DNA from: Eledone cirrhosa
Taxonomy: Eukaryota
DNA: 64,000 nucleotides
Assembly: GCA_964016885.1 (NCBI GenBank)
Contig: OZ024766.1
Span: 2,976,001-3,040,000, forward strand
Reading direction: 5' to 3'
Positions 46,717 through 60,969 of this stretch are shown piece after piece. Below the pieces are notes generated by a model. It ran no database searches, had not been told where the DNA came from, and worked only from the letters and a program-made list of their open reading frames with translations. Position 1 is the stretch's first letter. Each line of letters starts with the position of its first letter. The position numbers were made by a program, and so were the translations under genes.

Positions 46717-47183
46717 TGTAATTCTTGAAGAATTCTCAAAACTCGAGAAGAGGTATGACAGTGTACGAGTGATTTGGGGGTACGAAGTGGTCCTCTATGT
46801 ACTTATATATAAATGATCGGATGTGTATCGATGTATATAGGAGCAGTAGTAACAAAGCTAATTGTTCAGATGTTGGTGATTTAAACCTATTTCTCACTGT
46901 CCTGTAAAATGTGGAACAACCAATTCGCGATGTAGCGTAGTTTCTCATGAAATGAAATATTTAATCATGTAGGAGATGGAACACCTACCCTGGAACATGT
47001 AGCTCACTCTATGTTATCTACAGAATATTAACTTTCACCTTAACATGGGATAATTGCTACACAAGATATAATTAGATTAAAGGTACGTGGTGTCGTTGAC
47101 AATGTTTCTCTTTCCGGTTTGTGACCGGTGTCATATGTTAAAAGTCTATAATGTAATTAATATATATGTGTGTGTGCATATAC

Positions 47184-47237
<54 letters not shown>

Positions 47238-47909
47238 GTGTGTGTGTATACGTGCATATATATACATATGTGTGTGTATACGTGCATATATATATATACA
47301 TATATATATATACATACATATATATAGGTATACGTATCCTATGCTTTGATTAGGATAGGTCAATATTTAATTAGGCATGAATTAGGATATATACAATAGA
47401 TAATTTAAGGGTTTTAAAATATCGATGGACGTGAGAGATATTTCTTCTAAGTTAAAAATGCTTGTACATATTTATCGATAAAACTTTATTTCATAAATAC
47501 ATTACAAATCGTTTGCAATTCTTTCAGAATGAAAATATAAACAGACCATATAAATAAATTTACAGTAGAATAACATAACGAATATGTTTTAAATATATAC
47601 ATAAATAACATTACAAATGCTTAGATAACATTATAAATAGCTCGCGATTCTTTCAGAAAGATATATTCCTTTTATGTTACAATATTAAAGAAAATGTAAA
47701 GGAAGGGGTGAACAACGGAGCCAACACCAGAGCAACAGACAGCAACGAGGGGCACTGAGCAACCTCTCTAATGGTTTTTGAGGCAAGCCAGCACACGGGC
47801 GGCGTTACCTTGTGAATGAGTTATCTTCCCTTTTACTACGTTGTCAGTAAAAAATTATTTTTGATTAGCTTGAAAAAACATATAAAATATGAAATATTGA
47901 TTAATAAAT

Positions 47910-48090
47910 AATTGTTTCTACTTTTGGCACAAGGCCAGCAATTATCCAAGTGTATTACTGGTACTTTATTTTATCGACAGCTTAAGGATAAAAGGCAAAG
48001 TTAACCTCGGCGGGATTTGAACACAGATCATAAAGGGCCATAACTCTTTGCTGCAAAGCATGGCGTCCGAGCTTCTACCGATACTGACAT
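47910..48090 (-). mobile_element. SINE family 1
   Basis: Reverse complement of the GTTCAAATCCCGCCGAGGTT..CTTTGCCTTT..GTCGATAAAATAAAGTACCAG consensus. Confidence 0.8.
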
Positions 48091-48336
48091 CATGATTAAT
48101 AGTTTAATAATACATAGACTATCATTAAAAGGAAACTATATATATATCAGAATAATTAAATACAGAAGTAAATATAACCATTCATTAAGTGAAATAAAAT
48201 TATAGAGAGTAAATATAACCACAGTTGGATTCTAAGAAATAAATGAAAATTAAATAATCACAAAGTGAATTTCTAAATTAATTTGGATAAGAAATGAACA
48301 AAATATATTATATGTATTGATGGGGATATATCCATG

Positions 48337-48460
48337 GTCTGAGTTCAAATCCCGCCGAGGTTGACTTTGCCTTTCACCCTTACGGGGTCGATAAAATAAA
48401 GTACCAGTAATGCACTGGGTTATTGCTGGCCTTGTGCCTAACGTAGAAACAATTATATTT
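48337..48460 (+). mobile_element. SINE family 1, 5'-truncated
   Basis: TCTGAGTTCAAATCCCGCCGAGGTTGACTTTGCCTTTCACCC..GTCGATAAAATAAAGTACCAG. Confidence 0.8.
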
Positions 48461-50897
48461 TAATACATATTTAATAATTATTTAATTAGGCTTTAAAGAT
48501 TAATTCTTTTAAAGTTGTAGTAAAATATTAATAGAATATCTTACCTTAAAATTAAAAATTATAATAACCTTGAATGAGCTAAATTAAATTATATAAATTT
48601 ATAATTAACTTAAATATTTGATTGCTATAGAAAGTAAGCTATGCCTAATAATCTGGATATAATATAAACGTATAATTAGCTAAAGCGTAATCCAATACAA
48701 GCGATATTCATTTATATATGTGAATAAATTTTTGATTTCTTAATTTATCTAGCATTTGAATACAACGGTTTTTTATTCTCCCCTCTATTTCATATTTTCC
48801 TTTTCTTCGTTTTTCTTTATTCTCCCCACATCTTCCCTTTATTTGTTTATTTCCTGCCTTTTCCTCTTCTTTGCATCCCCCTTCTATATTTCTACAATTC
48901 AGCTTAACTCAAATTGCTAAGTCTAGAAGAGATGCCGTGCTAAGAAGGACCCGTCCAACCCATGCAAGCATGGAATAGTAGATGTAATGATGATACACAA
49001 AATATACACTATATATATACAGTATATGTGCTACATATACACTATATATATAATATGTATATAGTGTATGTGCTACATATACACAATATATACACTATAT
49101 ATATACAAATAATATGTATATAGTGTAAGTGCTACATATACACAATATATATATATATATAAATACTATGTATATAGTGTACGTGCTACATATACACAAT
49201 ATATATATATACTGCATATATATAGAGTATATGCTACATATAGACAATATATAAACTATATATATACTACATACACATTATATATAATGTTGTCCAAGGG
49301 AATAGCTGAAACAGCTTGGCACCAATGACATCATAGATCATCATTTAATGTCTACTTTTCCTGCTAGCAAGGGTGGGATAGGTCTTCACAAACCAGGGTG
49401 TAGTGGAGACCACATTCTACTGAGTGTATTTTATTGTGGCACCAGTACCAAAGAGGTTGTCATGTCTTTGACAGAACTGAAGGGTCCTACCAAACCTTTA
49501 TTTTATCATGTGAATCTTGTAATGTATTTTCAGATGAATTATTTCTAAAAAAAAAGGGTCATAATTTGAACTGTCATGAAAGTACCATCCAACAAATATT
49601 AAAGTTATAAAATTGTTTTTATTTACACATAAATGTGGATACTTTGTCATAAATATAAATAAAAACAGTTAAAGTTTATAAAATAAACCCATATAAACAC
49701 ATCAATGTTTTGCTTTTTTTTTTTTAATGATGTAGTTGTAAGGGTGCCACTATGGGCATTTGAAGCTTGGTGGAGCCCTTCACTCACCAGGTTAGAACAG
49801 GTGATTTCTTCCAGAGAGGAAGTGAGAAAGAAATATAGAGCGGATGAACAGACTCCTGTGGTAGACTGGTACTTTTTTTTTTATCAACCTTGAATGGATG
49901 AAAGGCAAAGTTGACCTCAGCAGGATTTAAAGTCAGAGCAGAGAACCAGAACAAATATGGTACAAAGAATTCCATCCATTGTTTTATAGACTTTAAATAA
50001 ATGTTTCTACTTTTAAATCAACTCCAGCAATTGGAAGAGAAAGAGGAACGCAAATTAAATCAACCCCAATGCATTACTGGTATTTTTTTAAACCCAGAAC
50101 GTAAAGGGCTGTAACTATATGTCACAAAGAATATCTCTATAAGAAACCTTAACGACAAATATGAAGTAGAGCTTTCTACAGGGTGTGTTTGTGGATTACA
50201 ATACAAAACCTCTGAGAATAATTTCCAACATATTTCACCATAATAAATGTTCATTAATATATATTGTTATTTTGTGGCCTTCTTGTGGTAATCTTCGATA
50301 TATGGCAGTATATTTCTTGTTTGATTGAGGAATATATATATATATAGATGCATATGAAGGATGACAGCTGCATTAACAGGTGCAGAGCTCTAAAAGTCCA
50401 TGTAAGCCATGGAGTGGGTAGAACCAAGAAGACCTGGGATGAGGTGATAGATGCTGACCTTGCCCGTTTGCACCTCTCAAATACAATGACACAGGACCGT
50501 GACCTCTGACGTCACTCAATAATACAGAAGACCCAACTTCACATGGGTACAAGGCGAAGCTGAAGCATATAGACAATACCTCCCCATCCCCACCCACTGC
50601 AAAGTGGTCATGGAGGTATCACGACAAGTATGCACTCAGCCCACACTGTAAAGTGGCCGTGTAGGCGCCATGGTTAAAAAAGCACCCAGCACTCACTGTA
50701 AATGAGGTTGGTATTAGGAAGGGCATCCAGCTGGAGAAATCAACCCAGAATCAGTTCCCGTATGAGCAAGAATGGACGTAAAACGGTGATGATGATGATA
50801 AGTATAAGATAAGGATTTTTCAAGCTTCACATTTTATATTCGTCCTTCCAGAGTGTGTCTGTATACTTGTGTGTTTCACATTTCCCAGTGATGGGGT

Positions 50898-52769
50898 TTA
50901 TGGCAAGTGTTGACTACGTCGGTGAACAACCAGTGACGAATTCTGAGAGAAAGATTTCCCACATATTTCACATGAATAAGGCTTTTCTCCTGTGTGTATT
51001 CTTTTGTGATATAAAAGAGAAGAACCTTGAGAAAAAGATTTCTGACATATTTCACATGAATAAGGTTTTTCTCCTGTGTGCATTCTTTTGTGATATACAA
51101 GAGAAGAAGCTTGGGAAAAAGATTTCCCACATATTTCACACGAATAAAGTTTTTCTCCTGTGTGTATTGTTTTGTGATATAGAAGAGAAGAACCTTGACA
51201 AAAAGATTTCCCACATATTTCACATGAATAAGGTTTTTCTCCTGTGTGTATTCTTTTGTGATATACAAGAGAAGAACCTTGAGAAAAAGATTTCCCACAT
51301 ATTTCACATGAATAAGGTTTTTCTCCTGTGTGTATTCTTTTGTGATATACAAGAGAAGAAGCTTGGGAAAAAGATTTCCCACATATTTCACACGAATAAG
51401 GTTTTTCTCCTGTGTGTATTCTTTTGTGAGGTACAAGATTAGAACTTTGAGAAAAAGATTTCCCACATATTTCACATGAATAAGGTTTTTCTCCTGTGTG
51501 TATTTTTTTGTGTTTTACAAAGGTAGCAACCTGTGAAAAAGATTTCCCACATATTTCACAATGGAGGGGTTTTTCTTCAGTGTGTGTTCTTTTGTGAGGT
51601 ACAAGATAAGAACCATGAGAAAAAGATTTCCCACATATTTCACATGAATAAGGTTGTTCTCCTGTGTGTATTCTTTCGTGACGTACAAGAGAAGAACCTT
51701 GAGAAAAAGATTTCCCACATATTTCACACGAATAAGGTTTTTCTCCTGTATGTATTCTTTTGTGATCTACAAGATGAGAACCTTGAGAAAAAGATTTCCC
51801 ACATATTTCACATGAATAAGGTTTTTCTCCTGTGTGTATTCTTTTGTGTTTTACAAGATGGGTCTTCTGAGTGAATGATTTCCCACATATTTCACATGAA
51901 TAAGGTTTTTCTCCTGTGTGTATTCTTTTGTGATCTACAAGAAAATAACCTTTAGAAAAAGATTTCCCACATATTTCACACGAATAAGGTTTTTCTCTTG
52001 TGTGTATTCTTTTGTGTTTTACAAAGTTAGCAACATCTGAAAAAGATTTCCCACATTTTTCACAATGGAAGGGTTTTTCTTCAGTGTGTGTTCTTTTGTG
52101 AGGTACAAGATAAGAACCTTGAGAAAAAGATTTACCACATATTTCACATGAATAAGGTTTTTCTCCTGTGTGTATTCTTTTGTGACGTACAAGACTAGAA
52201 CCTTGAGAAAAAGATTTCCCACATATTTCACACGAATAAGGTTTTTCTCCTGTGTGTATTCTTTTGTGATCTACAAGATGAGAACCTTGAGGAAAAGATT
52301 TCCCACATATTTCACACGAATAAGGTTTTTCTCCTGTGTGTATTCTTTTGTGCTTTATAAAGTTAGCAACATGTGAAAAAGATTTCCCACATATTTTACA
52401 ATAGAAGGGTGTTTCACCAGTATGTATTCTTTTGTGATCTATAAGTGTAGAATTACTAGAAAAAGATTTCCCACATATTTCACAATGAAAGGGTTTTTCT
52501 CCTGTATGTGTTCTTTTGTGATGTACAACACTAGAACCTTGAGAAAAAGATTTCCCACATATTTCACATGAATAAGGTTTTTCTCCTGTGTGTATTCTTT
52601 TGTGTTCGACAAGATGAGAACTATGAGAAAACGATTTCCCACATATTTCACAGTGGTAGGGTTTTTCTCCTGTGTGTATTAATATGTGTCTTGTTAAACT
52701 ACTGCTACAGACAAATGATTTCCCACATATTTCACAGTCAAACGGTTTTGCTCCTGTGTGTCTATTCAT
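50898..52769 (-). CDS. Poly-C2H2 zinc-finger protein, B-related, 22 fingers; true start uncertain
   Basis: The first in-frame ATG is at 52769 (MNRHTG). The ORF-track extension to 53033 crosses (TA)n/(TG)n from a non-ATG start. A degenerate finger precedes the ATG. Confidence 0.88.
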   Translation of the reverse strand: MNRHTGAKPFDCEICGKSFVCSSSLTRHILIHTGEKPYHCEICGKSFSHSSHLVEHKRIHTGEKPYSCEICGKSFSQGSSVVHHKRTHTGEKPFHCEICGKSFSSNSTLIDHKRIHTGETPFYCKICGKSFSHVANFIKHKRIHTGEKPYSCEICGKSFPQGSHLVDHKRIHTGEKPYSCEICGKSFSQGSSLVRHKRIHTGEKPYSCEICGKSFSQGSYLVPHKRTHTEEKPFHCEKCGKSFSDVANFVKHKRIHTREKPYSCEICGKSFSKGYFLVDHKRIHTGEKPYSCEICGKSFTQKTHLVKHKRIHTGEKPYSCEICGKSFSQGSHLVDHKRIHTGEKPYSCEICGKSFSQGSSLVRHERIHTGEQPYSCEICGKSFSHGSYLVPHKRTHTEEKPLHCEICGKSFSQVATFVKHKKIHTGEKPYSCEICGKSFSQSSNLVPHKRIHTGEKPYSCEICGKSFSQASSLVYHKRIHTGEKPYSCEICGKSFSQGSSLVYHKRIHTGEKPYSCEICGKSFCQGSSLLYHKTIHTGEKLYSCEICGKSFSQASSLVYHKRMHTGEKPYSCEICQKSFSQGSSLLYHKRIHTGEKPYSCEICGKSFSQNSSLVVHRRSQHLP

Positions 52770-52913
52770 GACAAGATGAGAATTATGTAGAAAATCTTTC
52801 CCACATATTCTGCAGTCGAACGATCGAATACAAGGTTGTAATGTAGCCTTCAGATGGCACAAGTAATAAAACGTATGACAGCTTAAAACTGATCTTGGAA
52901 GAAAAAGCAAGTG

Positions 52914-52990
<77 letters not shown>

Positions 52991-54299
52991 AGAAATATGT
53001 GTGTAGGTGTTGTAATAAATCAAGATATTTCACTTCAGATAGTTAAAAAGTTCACAATGTTTGTGTTCTGATGGAAAACGAAATAAAAGACCAAATATAA
53101 AGTCAAGAAAAGTTAGTAAAAACTAAATGTTCACTGATTTCTGATTAAAATAATATTTTCCTGTCCCGTAAAATGTTGAACAACCCCTTCAATATTTAAT
53201 AATACAGGTGATAAAACAACAACTATAAGGTAAATAAGTCACCTTATGTTATTTACAAACATTAACGTCCACCTTAATATGAAATAATCACCATAAAAGA
53301 TAAAATTAGATGAGGTTTAAGTTGTAACAATGGAGCTGATATAAATGGTAATTTTCCACTGTCTAGTTGACACCGGTGTCATGACTTAAAAGTCCCCCCA
53401 CATAATTTAATACATTCAGAAACAACTTCCGTTATGTTAATTTATACGTTCAATCAATATGCTAGTAATTTATTCAGATTTGTATAAATAACATTATTAA
53501 TTTTACATTCATATTAAAATAAAACACATTATTAAAGTTAATAAAACATTTAAAAAATGGAAATGAAAAGATGAAAAATAAAAACATGAGAGGCCTGTGG
53601 AATGATGTGTCTTGCTTAAGGACACAATGTACCTCCCTGGCTGAGAATTGAAAACATTATATTACAATATTACTATATATGGTATATATTTGTGTGTATA
53701 CATTGTCTCATTCCATGAGAGTAACCTGGTCAACCTATGAACTCCTCATCTGACCCTTCTATATGTATATACATGTTTGTCAGTGTGTGTGTACATATGT
53801 ATATAGAATATTGTCACAACTACTATATACACCACATATACACTATATATAATATTGTCCAATATATATAGACTATATGTCATGTTGTCCAAGGGAAAGG
53901 CTGATATAGATCGGCCCCAGTGACATTACAACTATTATATACACTATATATATATATATACTACATACATACACTATATATAATGTCCAGAGGAATGGCT
54001 GAAACAGCTTGATACCACCATTTATCATATATACGCACTATACATACTATGTATACACTACATATATATCATCATCATCACCATCATTGATTAACATCTA
54101 TCTTCCATGGGTTACACAGGTCCTATTTTAAGGCATGTTGTGTCAGGTGACCGTGACAGCTCATATAGTGGTGTTTCTGGCTGGTTTTCTATGGCTGGAT
54201 GCCCTTCCTAATGCCAACCACATTGACAATGTGGGCTGGGTGCTTTTTGCTGTGTCTTTCACACGCCCACTTTACAGTGTGGGCTGGGTGGGTGGGGGC

Positions 54300-55115
54300 A
54301 TGCTTCAACTTGTGTTCCTGGTAAGTCGGGTCTTCTGTATTACTGCACATCGCCAGAGATCCCGGCCACGTGTCACCTCCTCTGAGAGGTACAATTGGGC
54401 AAGGTCGGCTTGTATCACCTCACCCCAGGTATTCCAAGGTCTCCCCACTCCAAGGCTTCCAACAACTGTGCCCTCTGCACTTTTTATGCAGCTGCCATCC
54501 TTCATATGTAACACATGTCCATACCAATGCAATCTCCTCTCCTGCACACAGCATTTGACTTCTCTTATGCCTAGTTTCTCTTTCAGTTCATTTATGCTTT
54601 GACTTTCTCACATATTACTATTACACATCCATCGTAGCATGCAGGCTTCATTTCTTTCGAATCTACACAAGTCTTCTGCATGCAGCACCCAAGTCTCACT
54701 ACCATGTAACATAGCTGTACATACGGATACATCATACCATCTGCCTTTCATTCTGAGGGAGAAGCTTTTGTAGCCAGCAGTGGCAGTAGCTCCTTGATCT
54801 ATCTCCATCCCATTCTTACTCTGGTTACTGTACTTTCAGCACACCCAACATTGCTGCTAATTCGGTCACCTAAGTAGTTTCTTCAGAGCCCTCTTAGAAT
54901 TTGGTCGCTCTTGTTTCTTGCGATCGTTTGCTGCTTACTGTTCCAGTGCAACTGCCACACGTAAAGCCTACATTCTTAGCTAAACTTACTGAGATCCCAC
55001 TACATCTCTTGTGTACCTATATTCTCCATATGAGGCAGAGGATGGGATGTCTACCAATGCCTTTCCTACATACTGGACAAGGCCATTTCCCTGAGAGGAT
55101 CTCGGTTCTGTTTTC
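54300..55115 (-). mobile_element. Decayed RTE-clade LINE fragment
   Basis: MLHGSETW...ERNEACMLRWMC and QERRLHWYGHVLHM...GRP..TW; Cys-rich segment at ~54955-55095. Confidence 0.88.
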
Positions 55116-55859
55116 TGGAATATCTACTTATATATATATATATATTCTCTACATACAATATATGAGGTTATCCAAAGTGAGGTCAATGGCTGATATAACT
55201 TGGTGCCAGTGTCCTCACAACTAATATATACCCTATATACAGACGTGTGGCTGAGTGGTTGGAGAATTGGATTCACAATGGTGAGGTTGTGAGTTCAATT
55301 CCTAGACCGGGTGATGCGTTATGTCCTTGAGCAAGACACTTTATTTCACGTTGCTCCTTCTACCTGGAGTTGCAACCGATAGATAGTATTAGCAACTGGA
55401 AAGACCAATGGAAACATTGTTTCCTCGGTCCGATTTGACTAAAGTTGATCAACTATCGATACACTAATATATACAATATATATATATTCCCGTTAGACCT
55501 GTGCGAAATTCCTTCCTTGCTCACATTTCAACCAGGTTTGATGGTCTTTATTCACCGAATTTATATTCATAGAAATCTGGGACTTGTTTCTTTCTTCTTC
55601 ATCACTTTCTGTTGCTTAAACCATTTTGTTTGTTTACCCTAGCGTCCCCTTTATTTACGTGTCCCAACGACTTTTTTTAGCCGTTGCTCGCACCAACCTG
55701 AGGTATATGGCCTTTAATGCAACGAAATGCCTACGACGGTTGGAAGGCCACTGATGAGGACAAACTTTTTCATATGTAACCCATTTGCAGCGCCGCAGCT
55801 CCATTATTATCATATTTACATATATATATACAATATATATATAATCTTCTATACACACT

Positions 55860-56340
55860 TGGCAGTATTCTGAGCCACAGCGGCAACTTTGAGCTGGACA
55901 TCAACTGCAGGGTTGTAAAGGTGACTGCGGTGTTCCAATGGATGCACTCAATTTGGTCAAACAGAGCCATCAGCTTGCATTTCAAGCTGCGCTTGTACAC
56001 TAGCATTGTACTTCCTAAGCCCATCTCTGACTGCGAAAAATGGAAACACACTGAAGATGGATAGGTGTCTAAAAACTTTCCATTAAAGGAGCCTACATAA
56101 GATTCTAAAGGTCAGCTGGTAGATCCTGTGGAGAACAGTGTCACACACACAGCAGGAGATCATCATGCAACGTTGGTTCCATGTTGCAGGTCACATTCTG
56201 AACCTCCCAGATCACCTGTCCAAAAGAGGCCAGCCGCAGCTGACCTGGTGGATCACATTCCAAAATGACCCACAAACTGTCAACATCAGCAGGCATGGAT
56301 GTCAACAAGCCGTCACCAACTGAAATCATTGGAGACAATT
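55860..56340 (+). mobile_element. Highly decayed RTE-like LINE 3' fragment
   Basis: Remnants such as RWFHVAGHILNLP and KRGQPQLTW. Confidence 0.55.
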
Positions 56341-56916
56341 AGTTAATGGTACTGGTAGTGTTTGCTGGTAAGTTGTTGATGTTAATGTCACCGCTGCTCT
56401 CGCTGCCTTCCTCTTGTTGATGGTGGTGGTAATTGAAACTGCTGCCTATTCAGGCTGCCAGGCTGGTTGCTGGGGCTCGAACGACGACTTTAACCAAAGA
56501 TGCGGGATCATTGTTTCTATCGTTGCCTTCCTCTTGTTAATGGTAGTGATAATTGTTGGTGCTACCTATATCGGCTGTCAAGCTGGCTGCCCTATCAGCT
56601 TCTGTGAGTGACACTCCAATGGCCTTCTTGACTAAAGATGCAGGTCAATGGCTTTTGGCATTGTTTGGCAACAACGGCAAATAAATATATTCTATTTTTT
56701 TTTCTTTCTTTCTAATCCTATTCAATATCATCAATTGGAAAGACCAATGGAAACATTGTTTCCTTGGTCCAATCTGATGAGTTCCACTCCACTTAGTAAG
56801 ATCTGAGATGTTGAGATTTATTACAAAAAAAAATCACTAAAATCAAGATACTGGGTTGGTATAACTACCTGGTTTGTATGTGTCTGTTGTGGTGTGGTAT
56901 GTGGTGTTTTGATGTG

Positions 56917-56949
<33 letters not shown>

Positions 56950-58905
56950 TGCGCAGGGTGATGTGTTGTGTGTATGTAGTGTAAAGTGGAAATTTTACAC
57001 ACATAGAACCTAGAAGGGGTGTGAGGACTATCCCCTACAACCCTCTCAGAAATAAATGGCTGAAGAAAAAAAGAAAGTTGTAAAGTATTTTCAAATGTGA
57101 ATTATTTTATTAAAAAGTCAAAATTTCAACTGTCATGAAAGTACCATCCAACAAATATCAAAGTTATGCAATTGTTTTTATTTACACATGTGGATATTTT
57201 GTCATAAATATAAATATAAACCAGTTAAGGTTTACAAAATAAACACATATAAACATCAATGTTTTTTTTTTAAATGATGTAGTCGTAAGGGTGTCACTGT
57301 GGACATTTGAAGCTTGGTGGAAACCTTCACTCTCCAGGTTGGAACAGTTGATTTCTTCCAGAGAAGGAGAGAGAATAAGAGGGAGGAAGTGAGATAGAAA
57401 TATAGAGAGGAAGAACAGACCCCAGTGATAGACTGGTATTTTTTTTTATCAACGTTGAATAGATGAAAGAAAGTTGACCTCAGCAGGATTTAAACTCAGA
57501 GAGCCAGGATAAATATGGCAGAAAGCATTCTATCTATTGTTTTATAGACTTTAAATAAATGTTTCTACTTTTGACTCAAGGCCAGAAATTTGAAGAGAAA
57601 GGGGAATGCCAATTAAATCAGGCCCAGTGCATTACTGTTAGTGTTTTTTATCAACCTTGAATGGATGAAAGTCAAAGTTGACCATGGCATGATTTAAACC
57701 CAGAACATAAAGGACTGTAACTTTATGACACAAAGCATATCGTCTGACACTCTGCTGATTCTGCAAATCCACCACCCTCAACAATGAAATGAGATTGTGT
57801 CTCTGTAAGAGCCCTTAATGACAAATAATATGAAGGGGGTACTTTCTACAGGGTGTATTTGTTAATTACAATACAAAACCTCTGAGAATGATTTCCAACA
57901 TATTTCACCATAATAAATGTTCATCAATATATATTAATATTATTATTATTTTCTGCTAGCATGTGTAGTGTGCATATTGATATTATACTCAGGTATATAT
58001 ATATATACATGTAGATATGATACATCAAATAAAATCGTAACTGACAATATATAATACACAGAAATTGAACAAAGACTGTGTTACACTCTCTTATTTAATC
58101 AATAACAATCCATGATACATTAAAAAAAACGATATTATATATAAACTGCATTAGGAGGAATTAGTGACGGAAATATATGAATGTTTATTTAAGCGATGGC
58201 TAACCGGAAGTGTTGACATTTCATAAATTTTAAAGAAGTGAATCTTTAAATAAACAAAATATATTTAATCAACAGCCACGAAATTTAGTAGATAAATTAT
58301 GTAATATTCATTCATTATTTATTCAAAGTAATGCAACTTATTTTACTAATGGGATAAAATATTATAAAGTGTACGCAGTCCCGCGATCCTTACTTTATTA
58401 TAGTTTAGATTTATTAGGTCAGATGGATTGGCCAGAACAATTCTACTCTTCTTTTTTAGATGTCACGATCTTCCATGGCATTCCTGAGATCATTAATCTC
58501 CAGCTGGACATCCTGAGACATATGATCTATGTAGGTCAATCTCAGTCATCCCACTTGGGTCTTACAATGTTTAGGTATCTACAACAATAGCCAGCTCATC
58601 CTACCCTCAGTAGCAATGTCCAGCATTTCTTGTCCTCCGCTCCCTAGTTATTGTGGTAATCTTTGATATATGTCAGTATATTTCTTCCCTTTGAGTAATG
58701 TATTAAAAAATAAAAATAATAAAATATATATATATACACATACACACAACATATATAGGATTTCTCAAGCTTCACATTTTATATTCTGCCTTCCAAAGTG
58801 TGTCTATATATTTGTGTTTTTCATATTTCACAGTGATAGGGTTTACCGCAAGTGTTGACTACGTAGGTGAACAACCAGTGACGAATTCTCATTGAAAGAT
58901 TTAAC

Positions 58906-60612
58906 TCATATTTCACATGAATAAGGTTTTTCACCAGTGTGTATTTTTTTGTGAAGTTCAAGATGAGAATTACGAGAAAAAGATTTCCCACATATTTCAC
59001 AATGGAAGGGTTTTTCACCAGTGTGTATTCTTTTGTGTAGTTCAAGATTAGAACTATGAGAAAAAGATTTCCCACATATTTCACAATGGAAGGGTTTTTC
59101 ACCAGTGTGTGTTCTTTTGTGACGTTCAAGATTAGAACTCTGAGAAAAAGATTTCCCACATATTTCACAGGAATAAGGTTTTTCTCCTGTATGCTTTCTT
59201 TTGTGCTTTAGAAGATTGTACTTCAGGGTGAAAGATTTCGCACATATTTCACAGTGGAAGGGTTTTTCACCAGTGTGTATTCTTTTGTGAAGTTCAAGAT
59301 TAGAACTATGAGAAAAAGATTTCCCACATATTTCACAATGGAAGGGTTTATCACCAGTGTGTGTTCTTTTGTGAGGTTCAAGATTAGAACTACGAGAAAA
59401 AGATTTCCCACATATTTCACAATGGAAGGGTTTTTCACCAGTGTGTCCTCTTTTGTGAAGTTCAAGTTGAAAACTCTGAGAAAAAGATTTCCCACATATT
59501 TCACATGAATAAGGTTTTTCTCCTGTATGCTTTCTTTTGTGCTTTACAAGATTGTACTTCAGGGCGAAAGATTTTGCACATATTTCACAGTGGAAAGGTT
59601 TTTCACCAGTGTGTATTCTTTTGTGAAGTTGAAGATTAGAACTCTGAGAAAAAGATTTCCCACATATTTCACAATGGTAGGGTTTTTCCCCAGTGTGTAT
59701 TCTTTTATGAAGTTCAAGATAAGAATTCTGAGAAAAGGATTTCCCACATATTTCACAATGGAAGGGTTTTTCACCAGTGTGTATTCTTTTGTGAGGTTCA
59801 AGTTGAGAACTCTGAGAAAAAGATTTCCCACATATTTCACATGAATAAGGTTTTTCTCCAGTGTGCTTTCTTTTGTGCTTTACAAGACTGTACTTCTGGG
59901 TGAAAGATTTCCCACATATTTGACAATGGAAGGGTTTTTCGCCAGTGTGTATTCTTTTATGAGGTTCAAGTTGAGAACTCTGAGAAAAAGATTTCCCACA
60001 TATTTCACATGAATAAGGTTTTTCACCAGTATGTGTTCTTTTGTGATGTTCAAGATTAGAACTCTGAGAAAAAGATTTCCCACATATTTCACATGAATAA
60101 GGTTTTTCTCCTGTGTGCCTTCTTTTGTGCTTTATAAGATTGTACTTCTGGGTGAAATATTTCCCACATATTTCACAATGGAAGGGGTTCTCTCCAGTGT
60201 GTATTCTTTTGTGCAGTTCAAGATGAGAATTCTGAGAAAAGGATTTCCCACATATTTCACAATGAAAGGGTTTTTCCCCAGTATGTATTCTTTTGTGAGG
60301 TTCAAGTTGAGAACTACGAGAAAAAGATTTCCCACATATTTCACAATGGAACGGTTTTTCACCAGTGTGTGTGCTTTTGTGATGTTCAAGATGAGAACTC
60401 TGAGAAAAAGATTTCCCACATATTTCACATGAATAAGGTTTTTCTCCTGTGTGCTTTCGTTTGTGCTTTACAAGATTGTGCTTCTGGGTGAAAGATTTCC
60501 CACATATTTCACAGTGGAAGGGTTTTTCTCTACTGTGTATTTTCTCGTGTGAGGATAGTTTCAGTTTTGAAGAGAAAGTTTTCCTGCAAATCTCACAGCT
60601 ATATTCAGACAT
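58906..60612 (-). CDS. Poly-C2H2 zinc-finger protein, subfamily C, 20 fingers; TGA at the second Cys of finger 21
   Basis: 568-aa ORF ending YSCEI*. Confidence 0.92.
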   Translation of the reverse strand: MSEYSCEICRKTFSSKLKLSSHEKIHSREKPFHCEICGKSFTQKHNLVKHKRKHTGEKPYSCEICGKSFSQSSHLEHHKSTHTGEKPFHCEICGKSFSRSSQLEPHKRIHTGEKPFHCEICGKSFSQNSHLELHKRIHTGENPFHCEICGKYFTQKYNLIKHKRRHTGEKPYSCEICGKSFSQSSNLEHHKRTHTGEKPYSCEICGKSFSQSSQLEPHKRIHTGEKPFHCQICGKSFTQKYSLVKHKRKHTGEKPYSCEICGKSFSQSSQLEPHKRIHTGEKPFHCEICGKSFSQNSYLELHKRIHTGEKPYHCEICGKSFSQSSNLQLHKRIHTGEKPFHCEICAKSFALKYNLVKHKRKHTGEKPYSCEICGKSFSQSFQLELHKRGHTGEKPFHCEICGKSFSRSSNLEPHKRTHTGDKPFHCEICGKSFSHSSNLELHKRIHTGEKPFHCEICAKSFTLKYNLLKHKRKHTGEKPYSCEICGKSFSQSSNLERHKRTHTGEKPFHCEICGKSFSHSSNLELHKRIHTGEKPFHCEICGKSFSRNSHLELHKKIHTGEKPYSCEI

Positions 60613-60742
60613 ATTTCATAAAGGAATCTCACCACTTCCACTCATATATTAAGAAATGTAGCATTCAGTTGGTAAAGTAATAAGATGTATGACAGCGTAA
60701 GACTGATCTTGGAAGAAGAAAAAGCAAGTGCTTATATATATA

Positions 60743-60778
<36 letters not shown>

Positions 60779-60933
60779 TTTTATTCTTGTTAAGGTGAGA
60801 GAAGCTCTATTCACAATAACATCCTCAGCTCATAAAACAAACGAATAAGTCTTCGTAATTTAAGGTTCTTGTTATTGACGACAGTTCAGGTGACATGAGA
60901 ATAAATATCCATAATTTCAAAAGATGAAGGTTA

Positions 60934-60969
<36 letters not shown>

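Noticed and set aside
45773-46816. Long antisense and alternative-frame ORFs over ZNF genes (also 21679-22272, 34727-35431, 38895-39548, 50855-51442)
   Set aside because: Shadow ORFs produced by the 84-bp finger periodicity and codon bias; no independent support.
47335-47850. Unclassified segment with short internal repeats and a GC-richer end
   Set aside because: No TIRs, TSD, ORF or RNA motif that I could support.
52770-53033. N-terminal extension of the 711-aa ORF
   Set aside because: Non-ATG start running through (TA)n/(TG)n microsatellite in the shared non-coding leader.
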